A stretch of DNA of 64,000 bases, taken from positions 25,606,001-25,670,000 of the forward strand of contig NC_087256.1 of assembly GCF_037042905.1 (NCBI RefSeq), read 5' to 3'. The notes under the pieces are model-generated. The model saw only the letters and a program-made list of their open reading frames with translations, searched no databases and was not told the DNA's origin. The stretch is from Lytechinus pictus. Its lineage: Eukaryota. Each line of letters starts with the position of its first letter. The first letter of the stretch is position 1. A program made the translations under genes and the position numbers. Below are positions 13,501 through 25,794 of the stretch, in pieces.

Positions 13501-15220
13501 TTTAATATCTGGGCTGCTTTGCCTCAGCTATAAAATCAAATCATTCTATATTTTACATAAATATTTAAATTAGAAATAGCAACCAATCAAACTAAAGAAA
13601 ATGGAAGGATCGAACTAAAATGTAAGAACCCAATTCATAAGATAAACCAATAAGGAATGAGATGAGATGACAAAGATGTCTGGTGATTATGTAATAATGG
13701 AAGTAGAAACTAAGGAGTCAGGTGAGGGATGGAATGAGTGGAACACCTGAAGAGAGAATAGAGAAGGAATGAAGATGACAAGAGAAACACAGGAAAGGCA
13801 TTCAGAGTAGAATGAATGAATGACAACTGAATATCATTAAACTCAAATAACCTAAGTCCAGACTGCAAGGGCAGTACTGAAAAGAAATGCAAATGAACTA
13901 AAGTCTAGACAGAACAGAAATGTAAAACACCTGAAGAAAACACAAGTCAAAGGAAATAAACAAAATAGGTAAATGACAAATTAACAATCCTACAATAACA
14001 CGAACATTTAACACTGCGTTAAGGAGAGGTTAAGTTGGGGATGACGATGGCTGCACTTTTTTTTTAGCAGACGCAAACGTCAAAAAGAACATAAACGGGC
14101 ATATAACTATCGTCTGGCAGAATTTACTGTAATTTTCTTTCATTTTTCCAGCTTTATTTTCCATCTACCTTTCTCTCTACTAACAATGATTAAACAACAA
14201 TTTCTTTGGAATTTCCTGTGAAAATACACTTCAAATGCATCTTTAATTTGTATTAATTAAAATCACTATCACAAATGTTCATGAGTTATTTATTTAGTTA
14301 CTTTCTGCCATAATATAAAAAAGACAGAAGGAGAGGAAGAAAATTTAAAACGTCTTTAAAAAAGTCACAAACAGAAATTAAAAGGAATAGAATTGGCGAT
14401 TGGGGAACTCTTCTGTAATATTCACAATTTTCCCCCTTTTCAATGGTTATATAGTTCCAATGATTACACTTTTTTTGACTCTCAATGCTAGTTCTAGGTT
14501 ATCCTTAATTCATCTATCCCGCCAGTCAATCTATATGCTTCGGATAGGGGAGGGGGGCAAATTATTACTTTTTTTTTGGGGGGGGGGGGACTGATTGCTA
14601 TACGCATCAAATGTTAATAAAGAAAAAAAAAATTTTGTATGTTTGATATTTCTATGTCAGGTTTAATTTTTCTTAAGGTGCTTTTCATGCTTTTCAAAAT
14701 TTACATTACATATTTATTTTTTCAAGTTCTTAAAATTACTAGTATTGGCCGGGGGCATGTATAAATTATGCTTGCCCCCATATTTTAGGGGCGATCATCC
14801 CCTGCCTGCTCCACAATCAATCGAGGCCTCTGTCTCCTGTCATAATTTCGTATCCATGCTGTCTGAAATAATCCATTCTTAATTGTCACAATCACCCCTC
14901 CCCACGTCTGACTTTCTTGCTCTAACTTTTGTTTAGCTGTATGCGCTTTCAAAAATGATGTCACAATGCAAGCTTCGTGTCACCGAGCGCGCACTCCCCT
15001 TTTTCCCTGAAAATTTTGCGCGATTTGTTTCTGCAACATCGCATTTGATTGGATTAAATAAATGCAGAGTGGGAGGAGCCGAAGATAACACGAAATGAGA
15101 TAACACGCAGATAACACGGTTTTCAGAATACCGATTTGGGGGTATGTTAGGGGCGTGTTAAATCAGAGAGATAACACGATATTTAACACCAAAGTTAACA
15201 CGATTTTCAGAATACCGCCC
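10520..15220. mobile_element. PIF/Harbinger-like non-autonomous TIR element (~1.4 kb host) interrupted by an LTR element
   Basis: TIRs GGGCGGTATTATGAAAACCGTGTTAGC / GTTAACACGATTTTCAGAATACCGCCC. Repeated subterminal motif (A)GATAACACG. CAG and CTG flanks. Confidence 0.8.
10740..13994 (-). mobile_element. Young non-autonomous LTR retroelement (TRIM/LARD-like)
   Basis: LTRs 10740-11326 and 13354-13994 (TGTAGG..CCTACA) look identical except for a ~54-bp indel. 4-bp TSD ATAA (10736-39 / 13995-98). PBS TGGTAGCAGCGGT (13351-13339). PPT GGAAGGAGAAAG (11342-11331). No gag or pol in the 2-kb interior. Confidence 0.92.
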
Positions 15221-15417
15221 CTGAAGAAGAAATAAAACTAAACGGCTTAGAAAAAACTATAAATCAGTCAATCAGTTTAAATCTATTTTTGGTAAACCAA
15301 CCAAATGAAGAAGAAGAAGAAGGGAATGAGAAAAAACAATGGAGTCTAGTCTAGGGAAATAAAGTAAAAGAAGAATAATAAGAAATTCAGGAGGTGGAGG
15401 AGGAGAAGAACCAGAAA

Positions 15418-15831
15418 GGGGGGGGGGGCAGTCAAATGTATTTCTGTACACATATGTGACCAAATTATTTCCAAACACCCCCTAAAGTTTTTCTCTGTGT
15501 GCAAAATAAACCCCCTAAACAAGTTTTTCGCGGGCTTAACACATTTTGACCCCTAAACAAGTTGTCGTCAGAATATGACCCCGGGGATCAAGCTTTGGGA
15601 AAAACATACCCTAAACACGTTTGGCTAGTCTTAAAAAAAGCTTTGGAAAAAAATACCCCAAATACGTTAGACCTCGCGATTGACCATTGACCAGTCTTTC
15701 AAAAACACTTTTTTTTTAAAATCGGTGTTCTTGATACCCTTAACGAATGCACGTGTGGCCCGTGGCCAAACTGACGTTTTTTGGTCACGTATGTGTACAA
15801 CAATATATTTGACTGCCCCCCCCCCCCCCCC
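15418..15831. mobile_element. MITE with long TIRs
   Basis: G-run + GCAGTCAAATGTATTTCTGTACACATATGTGACCAA versus TTGGTCACGTATGTGTACAACAATATATTTGACTGC + C-run. Internal CCCTAAAC repeats. Confidence 0.7.
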
Positions 15832-16579
15832 TGTGGGGGAGAAGAAGATGGAGATGAAAAAAAAGGAAAAGGCCTTTAAGAGGAAGGAAAAGACAGATGG
15901 AGTTGAATTGGTGGAAGGCAAATGCAGGAAGAGGAGGTTGATGAAGAAGGGTGGGAAGGAGAAGATAAAGAAAACAGATGAGGAGGGGAAAGAGAATCAG
16001 AAGGAAAGGTGTAGGAGGAAGTAGATAAGCAGGAGAGAGGAAGGGGGAAGAGTTGGGAGAATAAGTAGAAGGATGACAAAATAAGAAGGGTAGGATAAAA
16101 AGATATCAATTGCTTAATATATGTGTTTGTAGACGTACTTCTGAAATTTTAGAACCATTTAAATTTGTCTAATTTATAAACTGTATGTTTAATTCACTTT
16201 ATTTAATGCTTTTTTTCAGAAGGTGCTCTACATAGTGATGAAATGTATTATTTTTCATTATTAAGTTGCTTAGTTGTCAAGTCTGATTCCTTGAGAATTT
16301 GTATAGGCCTAGCCCTATTGTCACCTGAATCCACAGTAATTGAAGAGTATTTGTGCACTTGTGGGTAAACAACATCGTTGAATATTCATAGGTGACATTC
16401 ATCAAGGATTGCATCATAGACTTATTGTTATCTCATTTTCTAATTTGAGGATTCTTTCCAAATATCTCTCATGCTTACTATAATAAAAATTGTGTCAATT
16501 CAATAGAATATTACAAGGTTTTTATTGCTGGAAATGAAATAACACTTTGACTTACACTTGAATGAATTCAATTTCGCAG

Positions 16580-17310
16580 GTCTGGAATGGTTTAATTCTT
16601 CAGGACCTTTATCTTTCAACTCAAACCTTCAAGGAAAGGTGGTCGTTCTTGACTTCTTCACGTACTGCTGTATCAACTGCATGCACATCCTGCCAGACTT
16701 AGAGGCACTGGAGGAAAAGTACTCGGTAGAAGATGGAGTTGTTGTTGTCGGAGTCCACTCGGCCAAGTTTGAGAACGAGAAAGTGTCTTCGAACATCAAG
16801 AATGCCATCCTCCGTTACAACATCCACCACCCTGTGGTGAATGACCACGATGCTGTGATGTGGAATGAGCTTGATATCCAGTGTTGGCCAACCTTACTCA
16901 TCGTAGGTCCAGGAGGTGAACCCATCCTGACCATCATCGGCGAAGGACACAGGGATATTCTCTTCGAAGTTGTCCAACTCTGTCTTGACCACTTTAGATC
17001 AAGGAGTGCCTTGAGCACGCATAGCCTTCCTTCCGTCGACCTCAAGGAATCTTTGGCTGACTCTCCGCTGCTCTATCCTGGCAAGGTTACCACCAATCCC
17101 GAAGGCACGCTGCTGGCCGTATCTGACACGGGACATAACAGGGTGGTCATTGTGGCTCTTGATGGAGTCGTACAACGTTGCATTGGAGGTACAGAATCTG
17201 GCTTTAATGATGGCCTTTACCAGGAAGCAAGGTTCCATTCTCCTCAGGGTCTATGCTGGTTCAAAGATGTCATCTATGTTGCTGATACAGAGAACCATGC
17301 CATCAGAAAG
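16580..17310 (+). CDS. NHLRC2: NHL repeat-containing protein 2, first visible coding exon (thioredoxin-like domain + start of NHL propeller)
   Basis: GLEWFN..GKVVVLDFFTYCCINCMHILPDL..GVHSAKFENEK..CWPTL..YVADTENHAIRK. Acceptor CAG at 16577-79 (phase 1), donor GT at 17311. Gene model: 16580-17310, 18065-18279, 19177-19408, 20007-20126, 22045-22254, 22979-23195, 25795-26051, all phases compatible. Confidence 0.96.
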
Positions 17311-18064
17311 GTAGATATGATAGATCCCTCAAATTATTTTCCATATGGTATTGTCATAGTCTTCTTAGAATATGTTTGCAATCAGTATTCTATGAAAAAA
17401 ATATATTCATTGGTTTATCAAAAGGTCTAGATTTGCTCTGGATTATTCTGAAAATGTTATGGAGGTTTCATGGAACTTTTTTATATGATGCCAGAAATTA
17501 ATTTGTGAATGTTTGAGTAGCTTTGCATTGAAAGTAAACCACTCGGTATAGGAAATATCAGAAATCTTTCACTTTCAATCACTCAAGGAGACTCACACTT
17601 ACAAATTTCTCTAGCTTTCTTAACTTATGATTAATCACTTTTCCTCAGTAGGTCTACATAATACCCCTGTGCAGAAAATGATGTTCTTTTGTTGATAAAT
17701 TAAATAAGACCAATACCAACACAAGTTTTACTGACTATCTCATTCCATCTTCTGTTTCTATTGGGGGGAAAAAAAACAATTAAGGTGGGTTTGTCATTTT
17801 CAGCAAATTTCTTCCTGATTCATTTACCAGAAGATTTTGAGTACTAAAATACAATCTCACCATAGTTTTAAGTGCTAGGCCTGGCTAGTATGTGCCTGTT
17901 TATTCTAGAGCCATTTGTACAGAAATTGACATTGTACATACATAATTTTAGTAAGTGTGACCACTGTCTGATGTTTTTTTTTTTTTTTCTGGTGATAATT
18001 TGTTATAAATCACTGGAATTGATTAAATGAATACAATTTTATTTCTTTTGATTGATTCTCTCAG

Positions 18065-18279
18065 ATTGACTTGAAGCAGGAGTGCGTCACCACCGTAGCA
18101 GGCACGGGGGAGCAGGGAGGAGACCACTATGGGGCTGGGCGTGGCACGGAGCAGGTCATCAGTTCCCCCTGGGATGTTGTGCTAGGACCCCCAAATGAAG
18201 ACGTTTTGTTCATTGCTATGGCTGGTACCCATCAGATATGGGGCCTGTTTCTCTCTGATGGAACATGGCTGAAAGGAGT
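18065..18279 (+). CDS. NHLRC2: NHLRC2 coding exon (NHL repeats)
   Basis: [43 protein letters not shown] flanks. Confidence 0.95.
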
Positions 18280-18386
18280 GTAAGTAGATGATGCAATTTA
18301 GCACAATATGGACTTTTCGATTAAACGGTCTCCAGTGGACTGCCAACAAGTATACAGTTACTATTTGATATTCAGTCCACCCCTTA

Positions 18387-18790
18387 AGCCCGGCTCACAC
18401 AATGCGATTCGTTGCAATCTGAATTTCAAAGAAATTGTGATAACATTTGATATGAACTTCCCAACTAATAAAAATCTTACGGATCAGAGTTCAGAATAGT
18501 GGTAGGACTACTGAAATCAAAATTCAGACCAGGTCGAGCCTCCCTGAATGAATAAAAACAAATTCAAATCTCAAAATCGTAATGACGTCATCATCGGCTG
18601 CGACTGGAAGCCGATTTGGACTTTACTCCGAAACAGGGCTTGCCTCAAAGTAAAATATGATTTTAGTATTCCTAACATTATGCCAAAGTTTGAATAAAGT
18701 AATTTTATTTCTTGGAACTGTCATATTTAATGCAAAATGCGATTTGTTGAAAAATCGGGTCACAACAAATTGCATAGTGTGAGCCAGGCT
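18387..18790. mobile_element. PIF/Harbinger-like MITE
   Basis: TIRs AGCCCGGCTCACACAATGCGATTCGTTG / CAACAAATTGCATAGTGTGAGCCAGGCT. TTA direct repeat on both sides. Confidence 0.75.
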
Positions 18791-19176
18791 TTACTGATCT
18801 GATCAACAGACGTAATTCTTTTTACTTACACTCCTTCTTTTTTACAATTGAATTTCACTCTGTATCACCTACAATGTACCTTTTTATTAAATCCTATGTA
18901 ACTACATTCTTCAAATTTACTTAAACTGTGTAAATACCAATGACTCTGTTTAGAATTTGCAGGCTGAGATTTGATTACCTTGAAACATGTTATGTTTATA
19001 AAAATGTTATGTTCTATTCATTAATTTTGTCTTCCAAGTTATGAAATCTTAAGTTATGGATTAGTGACCTTGGGTGAATTCAATTCATGATGTTAACAAT
19101 TCAATATATTTGAATTTATGAATTTATGATTTATAAAATTATTAATATAAATAATTGATAATCCTGATTCCTACAG

Positions 19177-19408
19177 GAGTCATGATGCAGGAATCTGCAT
19201 GAGCTATGCTGGGAGTGGCAAGGAAGAAAATCGCAACAACTCTTACCCCCGGAAGGCAGGCTTTGCACAGCCCTCTGGTCTGGCCCTTGCCCCCTTGGAG
19301 CCATACAACTGTATTTTTGTAGCAGACAGCGAGAGCAGCTCAATCAGAAGAATTGCCTTTAAAGACGGAGCTGTGAAGAATGTTGTTGGAGGGGAATTGG
19401 ACCCAATG
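19177..19408 (+). CDS. NHLRC2: NHLRC2 coding exon
   Basis: [48 protein letters not shown] flanks. Confidence 0.96.
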
Positions 19409-19549
19409 GTAAGAAAAGAGGGATTTTGTTAGGTAACTGGGATAATGAAAGATTTAAAACACAAACGCAAGCAAATGAAACAGGTGACAAGCGTAAATGC
19501 CACATTACAGCCCACATTAAGTTACAAGGCAAAGTTTAAGAAGTAGTAG

Positions 19550-19815
19550 GTGGTGATGGTGGTGGAGAAGAAGAAGAAGGAGGACGGAGGAGGAGGAGAG
19601 GGAAAATAGGAAGAAGGAGGAGGAAGAAGAAGGAGGAGAAGAAGAAGGAGGAGGAAGAAGAAGAAGGAGGAGGAGAAGAAGAAGAAGAAGGAGATGGAGA
19701 AAAAGACGAAGAAGCACAATGAGGAGGAGAAGAAGGAGGAGGAAAAAGATGAAGGAGTAGGAGGAAGAGGAAGAGGAGGAGGGGAAGGAGAAAGGGAAGA
19801 AAATAAGAGGGGAAG
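19550..19815. repeat. (GAA/GGA)n purine-rich microsatellite
   Basis: Seen directly. It produces spurious poly-L/S/F ORFs. Confidence 0.9.
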
Positions 19816-20006
19816 TGGTAGTAGTATAAGTAGTTTGTAGTTGTAATATATGAAGCAATATGACAGTAAAAGTAGTAATTTGTCAAATTTATGACCATGA
19901 TTGCTCTTTCGTAACATGACCATTGTCAGGTCTAATCCCAGCCAGTGATAAGCCCTTGATGCTTCATTACTCTTCAATTCCATGTCTTGTCTGTTGTATT
20001 TTGCAG

Positions 20007-20126
20007 AACCTGTTTGCATTTGGAGATGAAGATGGTAAAGGCATTGAGGCAAAACTACAGCATCCTTTGGGCGTAGCCTGGAACCACAGTAAATCCCTCT
20101 TCATAGCAGACTCATATAACCACAAG
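20007..20126 (+). CDS. NHLRC2: NHLRC2 coding exon
   Basis: [34 protein letters not shown]. 120 nt, AG/GT flanks. Confidence 0.96.
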
Positions 20127-20186
20127 GTAATTGGCGAACCCTCAATGTTAATACCTATCATGGTCCCATTTTATTAAGACTTACAA

Positions 20187-20605
20187 CAGGGTGCTACATA
20201 AGCACTTCCCCGATTGCCCGGGGCAAGTGAAAGTTAGAGTCGGGCAAGTGTTTTGAATTAAAGACCAAAACTACTTGCCCGAATTGGGCAAGCACAATTC
20301 TCACAGTAGAATGACCAAAATTAGGGTCGATATGATATATTGACCCTAATTTTGGTCATGGCAGGCAAGATAAAAATCACTTTGGAAAAAGAAATGCAAT
20401 AACAAAGTAGATCAGTTCATGCCAAAAGAGAGAAAAAGGTCAAAAGTTTATAAAACCGCAAAACTTTCTTTTGAAGAGGTAAAACTTTTTTTTTCAATGA
20501 TTTTTCAGGCAAGTGAAATAGATTTTTGGGCAAGTATATTCCAACTATTTAAAAATTTACTTGCCTGACTGGGCAAGTGCTTCTAAAAAGTTATGTAGCA
20601 CCCTG
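20187..20605. mobile_element. hAT-like MITE
   Basis: TIR CAGGGTGCTACATAA / TTATGTAGCACCCTG. CTTACAA(C) direct repeat flanks. Internal GGGCAAGT repeats. Confidence 0.8.
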
Positions 20606-20659
20606 CTTACAACTATGGTTACTTTCTTCTGTTGCTACCATTATAACCTCTATAATATA

Positions 20660-20960
20660 ATATGTTCATTTCATATAGTGCTCTTACAAAATAGCATTGT
20701 TTTACAGCGCTTTACACAATGATTTAGAATATAAAAAGATATTGACACATAGAAAGATTATTGATGAAAAAGAAGAGTGTTTTTAGATTTTTCTGAAATA
20801 CTTTCAAAGATGGAGAGAGCGCACATATCTTGGAAGTTTGTTCAAGCATCTTGGGGTGCATGTCTGGAAAGCATTGTCACCAGCTTTGTAACTGGTTTGC
20901 TGAGCAGTACCAAGAGCCAACAAATTTGACAGGGCCAGATATGGTTTATGGGGTATAATT
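20660..20960 (-). mobile_element. LINE (CR1/L2-like) 3' end fragment
   Basis: Minus frame KAGDNAFQTCTPRCLNKLPRYVR resembles the G.RAF...AP.LWN.LP ORF2 C-terminus. GTAAAGCGCT..GCACTATATGAAATG-type tail. Confidence 0.6.
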
Positions 20961-21264
20961 TCTGAAAGGCTGGGAGCAAATAATAAAGAAAACAAATCAA
21001 AAAATAAAAATTTTCCCAGATGGTCAATTTTCTGTTTGTCTACTTATTATTTTTCACTTTTTCATATAAAAATTTCATTCATAAACATTTAATCTTACCA
21101 TGTAGACTAACTGGTGTCAAACTAAGTGGATATGAAACTAGATGGGTTATAATCTAACTGATGGGTGGGCAAAATGACCATTAGACCAAATGGTTTGTAG
21201 ACGAAGTGAGATTAGACCAAATGGAATGTCGACAAAGTGTTTGTAAGCCAAACCGAAATTTTGT

Positions 21265-21505
21265 ATTGACTCACTTGGAAGAGCGTCTGCCTCACGACCT
21301 GGAGGTCAGGGTTTCAAGCCCCGGATGCATCAGACCAAAAGACGTTAAAAGATGGGAGTTGCTACTACACTGTTAGGGGTTCAACAATTTAAGGAATAGA
21401 GTGATATTGAAATGGTGCTGCTCAGTGGCTGCTGGGCCCATGGTCAATTTGGCAAAATTAATTTTCAGATGATTCCAATTTCTGATTTATATTTTGATCA
21501 GTAAA
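21265..21505 (+). mobile_element. tRNA-derived SINE, family A (degenerate copy)
   Basis: Aligns by eye to the copies at 36845-37108 and 62965-63207 (tRNA head + CAGACCAAAAGACGTTAAAAGATGGGAGTTGCT core). Confidence 0.75.
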
Positions 21506-21552
21506 ATTCGGATTATTTTATCATTATGATTACTATCATTATTACCACGTAA

Positions 21553-22016
21553 AGGTCGAGTCCACCCCAACAAAGAGTTGATTTTAATAAGAAGAGAAAA
21601 GTCCATCAAGCATAACTGAAAATTTCATAAAAATTGGATGAAACAATCAAGTCATCTCATTGTCATGTGAAAATTTTTATTCCTCCCTGAACATTTGGTG
21701 TACGTGTTACCATCGTTTTTACATTTCATGGTTCATTCACGTTGATCCGTATCACTCAAATCTGTTAAAATTGAAAAATTGTATAATTCAAACAATAAAA
21801 AACAAAAGAAATAATGAGTGAGGGGCATCATTGACTCTCTCATTTGCATATCAGTGAGTTGTGCATATAACTGTGTTGTGAAAAATAAGCAGAATTCAAA
21901 ATGTCATAACTTTCTTATTTTACATACGATTTTGATGAAATTTCAGCGTTATTCTTGTTTGATTTTTCTCTATCGACTTAATTCAAAATGTTTTTTTCGG
22001 TGGACTTGACCTTTAA
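21553..22016. mobile_element. Kolobok-like MITE (internally deleted)
   Basis: AGGTCGAGTCCACCCC..GGTGGACTTGACCT-TTAA termini, shared with other copies. Confidence 0.8.
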
Positions 22017-22044
22017 TATTCCCTTTTGCTATTCTGATGCCCAG

Positions 22045-22254
22045 ATCAAACTCATTCACGACGTGTCAAATCGGTACTGTTCATCGTACGCTGGTACAGG
22101 AGAACCTGGTATGACAGAAGAAACGGATATCTCTAAAGCACAGTTCAATGAGCCTGGAGGCTTGGTGGTGTCTCCTCAAGGGTATCTCTATATAGCTGAC
22201 ACCAACAACCATGCCATCAGGTGCATTGATATCGCAACGTCTACGATCACTACG
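22045..22254 (+). CDS. NHLRC2: NHLRC2 coding exon
   Basis: IKLIH..YAGTGEPG..FNEPGGL..LYIADTNNHAIRCID. AG/GT flanks. Confidence 0.95.
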
Positions 22255-22978
22255 GTGAGTTGAAGAAGCTGGATTCTTTCATTCTTTTAAAAGACCGCAA
22301 TTAGAATTGAAAAATGTAGTTGATAAATTGTACACAAATCGAAAACTGATATTACAAAAACATCAATGTCAATTTCATGCATTTTTACAGCTTACCAGCC
22401 GAATTATTCTATGAACATTCAGATTAGCAAACATTTAAAATCGGCATTCTGAACTGTGTCCACATTGGATGTCATTCAAGTCGTAGAGAAGCGCAGTAAA
22501 GCCCTTTTTCGAGAATCCCAAATTTGGGTGTTTCTAAAGCAAAATGCTTATACTAAGGAGTGAGAATGCATGACACTTGAACCGTTGTAGTCTGTGTCTT
22601 CATCCAAAAATTAATTTTGCCAATAGAGTATACTTGCCAAAGGATGCAATTAGTGGGATTCAAACACACGGCACTCTGATTAAAAGGCGAGAGTCAGAAC
22701 AACTACACCACAACACTTCCACAGTAGAAATAACCAGACCAGGAAGGGGGGGGGCAGAATCAATGGGGGAGAGAATGTCAAGAACTGAAATATACCAGAG
22801 TGACAAAAGATAGAGTTGAATGAAGAAATAGGGGAAGATACTCCCAGATAGGAAATTTGTTTAACATGTTAGATATGAGTCAGAATGTGTAAAGCACAAA
22901 TGTTTTGCATATTTCGGCAACTATTTACTTACGAAAGGTTGACATGCAGACTCTCCTGTATTCATTCTCTCTGTGCAG

Positions 22979-23195
22979 TTGAAGGTAGTACTTCCATCCA
23001 TCACATCAGTTGACAGCAAGCCAAGTGCTTCAACAGTTGTCAAGAGTAAACTTCCAAAGAATGCAATCCCTAGAGCAGTAGATGGTGTTTCTGTTAGGTT
23101 GGAAGGCTCTGTCGCCCTGTCGCTTAATGTCAGTCTTCCATCAGGAAGCTACCTCACTGAGGGAGCACCAAGTGCCTGGCAGATCTTCATTCCAG
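22979..23195 (+). CDS. NHLRC2: NHLRC2 coding exon (C-terminal beta domain)
   Basis: KLPKNA..LNVSLPSGSYLTEGAPSAWQI matches the NHLRC2 C-domain pattern. Phase 0/1. Confidence 0.9.
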
Positions 23196-23324
23196 GTCAG
23201 TTGATCATCTGGCAAGCCGTAGTTGACTACGGTCACTGTCATTGATATCATTAAACATAATCTTGATAATTTGTTTAAATTGTCCTGCAATCATTTATCA
23301 GAGAAACTATAACACAGTTAACAT

Positions 23325-23650
23325 AATGATGGTGATGATTATAATAATTATGATGATTATGATGGAGGTGGTGGTGATGGTGATGATGATGATGAAGAAG
23401 GTGGTGTTGATGATGAAGATGATGTTGATAATTGATGATGATTATGATAATGATGATAATGATGATTATGATGATGATGAAGAAGATGATGATGATGGAG
23501 GGGGTGATGTTGATAATGATGATGATGATGATAATGAATTTGATGATGATGAAGATAATAATGGATGATGCTGATGGTGATTATGATGGTGGAGATGATG
23601 ATGATGAGGATGGTGGTGATAATGATGATGATTATGATGACAATGATATC
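23325..23650. repeat. (GAT)n microsatellite
   Basis: Seen directly. It explains the poly-M/poly-D ORFs. Confidence 0.9.
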
Positions 23651-23747
23651 AATATCATTTTATCAGTATAATAGCAACAAAAAAAGTCTGTTGGCAAATA
23701 GTAATCCACTTCCCATGAAAGTTCAAGACAGAGTGCAGTATTCCCTG

Positions 23748-25656
23748 TGTGACACACAAAATTGAGATAAATATACGACTCAGAATTGCGGTCTAGGTTC
23801 TTTTGATGCCATACTTTATTTAGAAGAATAACAAAAACCCTGGAAAACAATAGAAAATAAAGAATCATAAATTGTCATATACATCAAGAGTTTCAATACA
23901 AACAATCAGTAATAAAAGTAGTAAGCTGGTAGCTCGACTCTACTATCATCACATTACATGTTTCACTCAACCAACCCTTATGCAATAACACGACAAAATA
24001 AGGCGTTATATAAACGTATAATAGAATAGAGAGGAAATGAAAAGAAGGAAAGAGATACAAAGAATAAACATCAAAGAAATTATATATCAAGTTATAAGAT
24101 AACATGAATTATTAAATGAACATATGTAATGATAAATAAAACATGATTGTCAAAAAGAATTTCATTAAAAGAAACTCAAATAGTTCAAGCTGATTGTCAA
24201 TAATATCATTGAATTAATAATGAATTATGAAAAACAAAACCGTAACTTGAAATACTAGTAAAAGATTAAAGTTAAACCAGACTAAAGTTAAATCGGATTA
24301 ATAATTAAATCAGATTAAATCTCAAGTATGAACAGACCCTAGTACTCCTCAAAGTACATTGCAACTAGATAACAAGTTGTTTCAGTGTGAACAGGGCTAG
24401 TCCCTAGACAATAAAACTACATTCCTGAGTGACCCTATCACCCCTAACCTAAACGATGACCATGAAGCTCCACAGAACTTCTGCAGCATGTGCCGTGATT
24501 CATTCATGACGTCACACTGCCAACTACTACTATGAATGATGCAACTGGCCAACAGCCCCAATATGTATCAGAATGCTGTCTGTCGCCTAGCAACAGCCTT
24601 AAAGGTACTAAGTTTCTTATAAACTTAAACTACGCAAACATCAATGCAAAGTATGAATATCTACATATGAATCTAACATAATCAAGCAATATCATTTTGG
24701 ATATAAATCCTAAATATAATACTAAGCAAATAAAGTCAATTTCTGACCATACAGAAATAATTAGATGAAACTAATATTATTTAGCACAATAATACCGATA
24801 AAATAACAAATGTTACTTTTAGTAAAACACAACAATAATACCATTTCTCCTCCAAGAAATACGAACAAAGAAGTTTATGAAGCATGATTGGATTATTTAA
24901 ATCAACGGAATTATGTAAACCTCAATTAGAGTAATTAATACAAAATATCCACGCGAATCATGTTCGATAAAATACTTCTAGACCTTTGTCTTAACACAAC
25001 ATATGAAATCAAATCAAATGTAGCACATGTATATCAAATAATACATTAAGGAACATTCATAACAAAAAAAATAGAAAACACATTTAAAGGATCAAAACGA
25101 AAATGAACATACATATATCTCACAGAAAAAGTACTAACTTATCCTAAATATTTAGAGAACAAAAATATATTATGCTATTCTTGATCCATATTAAACAACA
25201 ATGATCAAAGTAAAACATTTATAAATATCATTATTTAAAATGTGAATTGGGATTCAACTTACCCCTAATGGATTGGATTCGACATGGAAAAATCAAGTGT
25301 TGAAAATATATTAAGATGTCTTCTCTCTAGATGTTGTCTCAAAGGTGGTGTGAGATGGAATGAATAGGATACAATCTTCTTCATTCAGATTCTCTCTGCC
25401 TCCACCCTTCCACAGGTGACCACAACATTCCTATGAGATGACTTTAAGACTTTCTACTTTCTCTTTCCAATAGCGAAGTGTACAGAACAATCTCTGCACT
25501 GGACAGAGGGAATTAGTCATGGATTATTCTAAGAAAACTCTATTCAGAAACTGCCCAGTGTAGATTATACCAAACTACATGCAATACATATTACAAGTTA
25601 TAACCAAAATTACAATACATTGATATTATTACACTATTTAATTCTGGGATGTTACA
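23748..25656. mobile_element. Probable solo LTR (~1.9 kb) in the last NHLRC2 intron
   Basis: Termini TGTGACA..TGTTACA with a perfect 4-bp TSD CCTG (23744-47 / 25657-60). No ORF. Strong A-rich strand skew. Confidence 0.75.
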
Positions 25657-25794
25657 CCTGTAAAGAGTGATAACTCCAAACAGATGATCACAGATGAGAT
25701 AGGTATTAGCCATTTCACCGTAGCCAACCAGTTACCATCATTTCTTTCAATTCATTTTTATTATTCTTTTTTTTGGCCCCTCCCCTTACCATAG

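Noticed and set aside
16270-16370. Frame ..LALLSPESTVIEEYLCTC as the missing NHLRC2 exon 1
   Set aside because: Only vague similarity. The nearby GT donor gives phase 2, not the required phase 1.
19517-20052. Long minus-strand ORFs rich in L/S/F
   Set aside because: Artefacts of the GAA/GGA microsatellite.
23242-23765. Poly-Met / poly-Asp ORFs
   Set aside because: Artefacts of the (GAT)n microsatellite.
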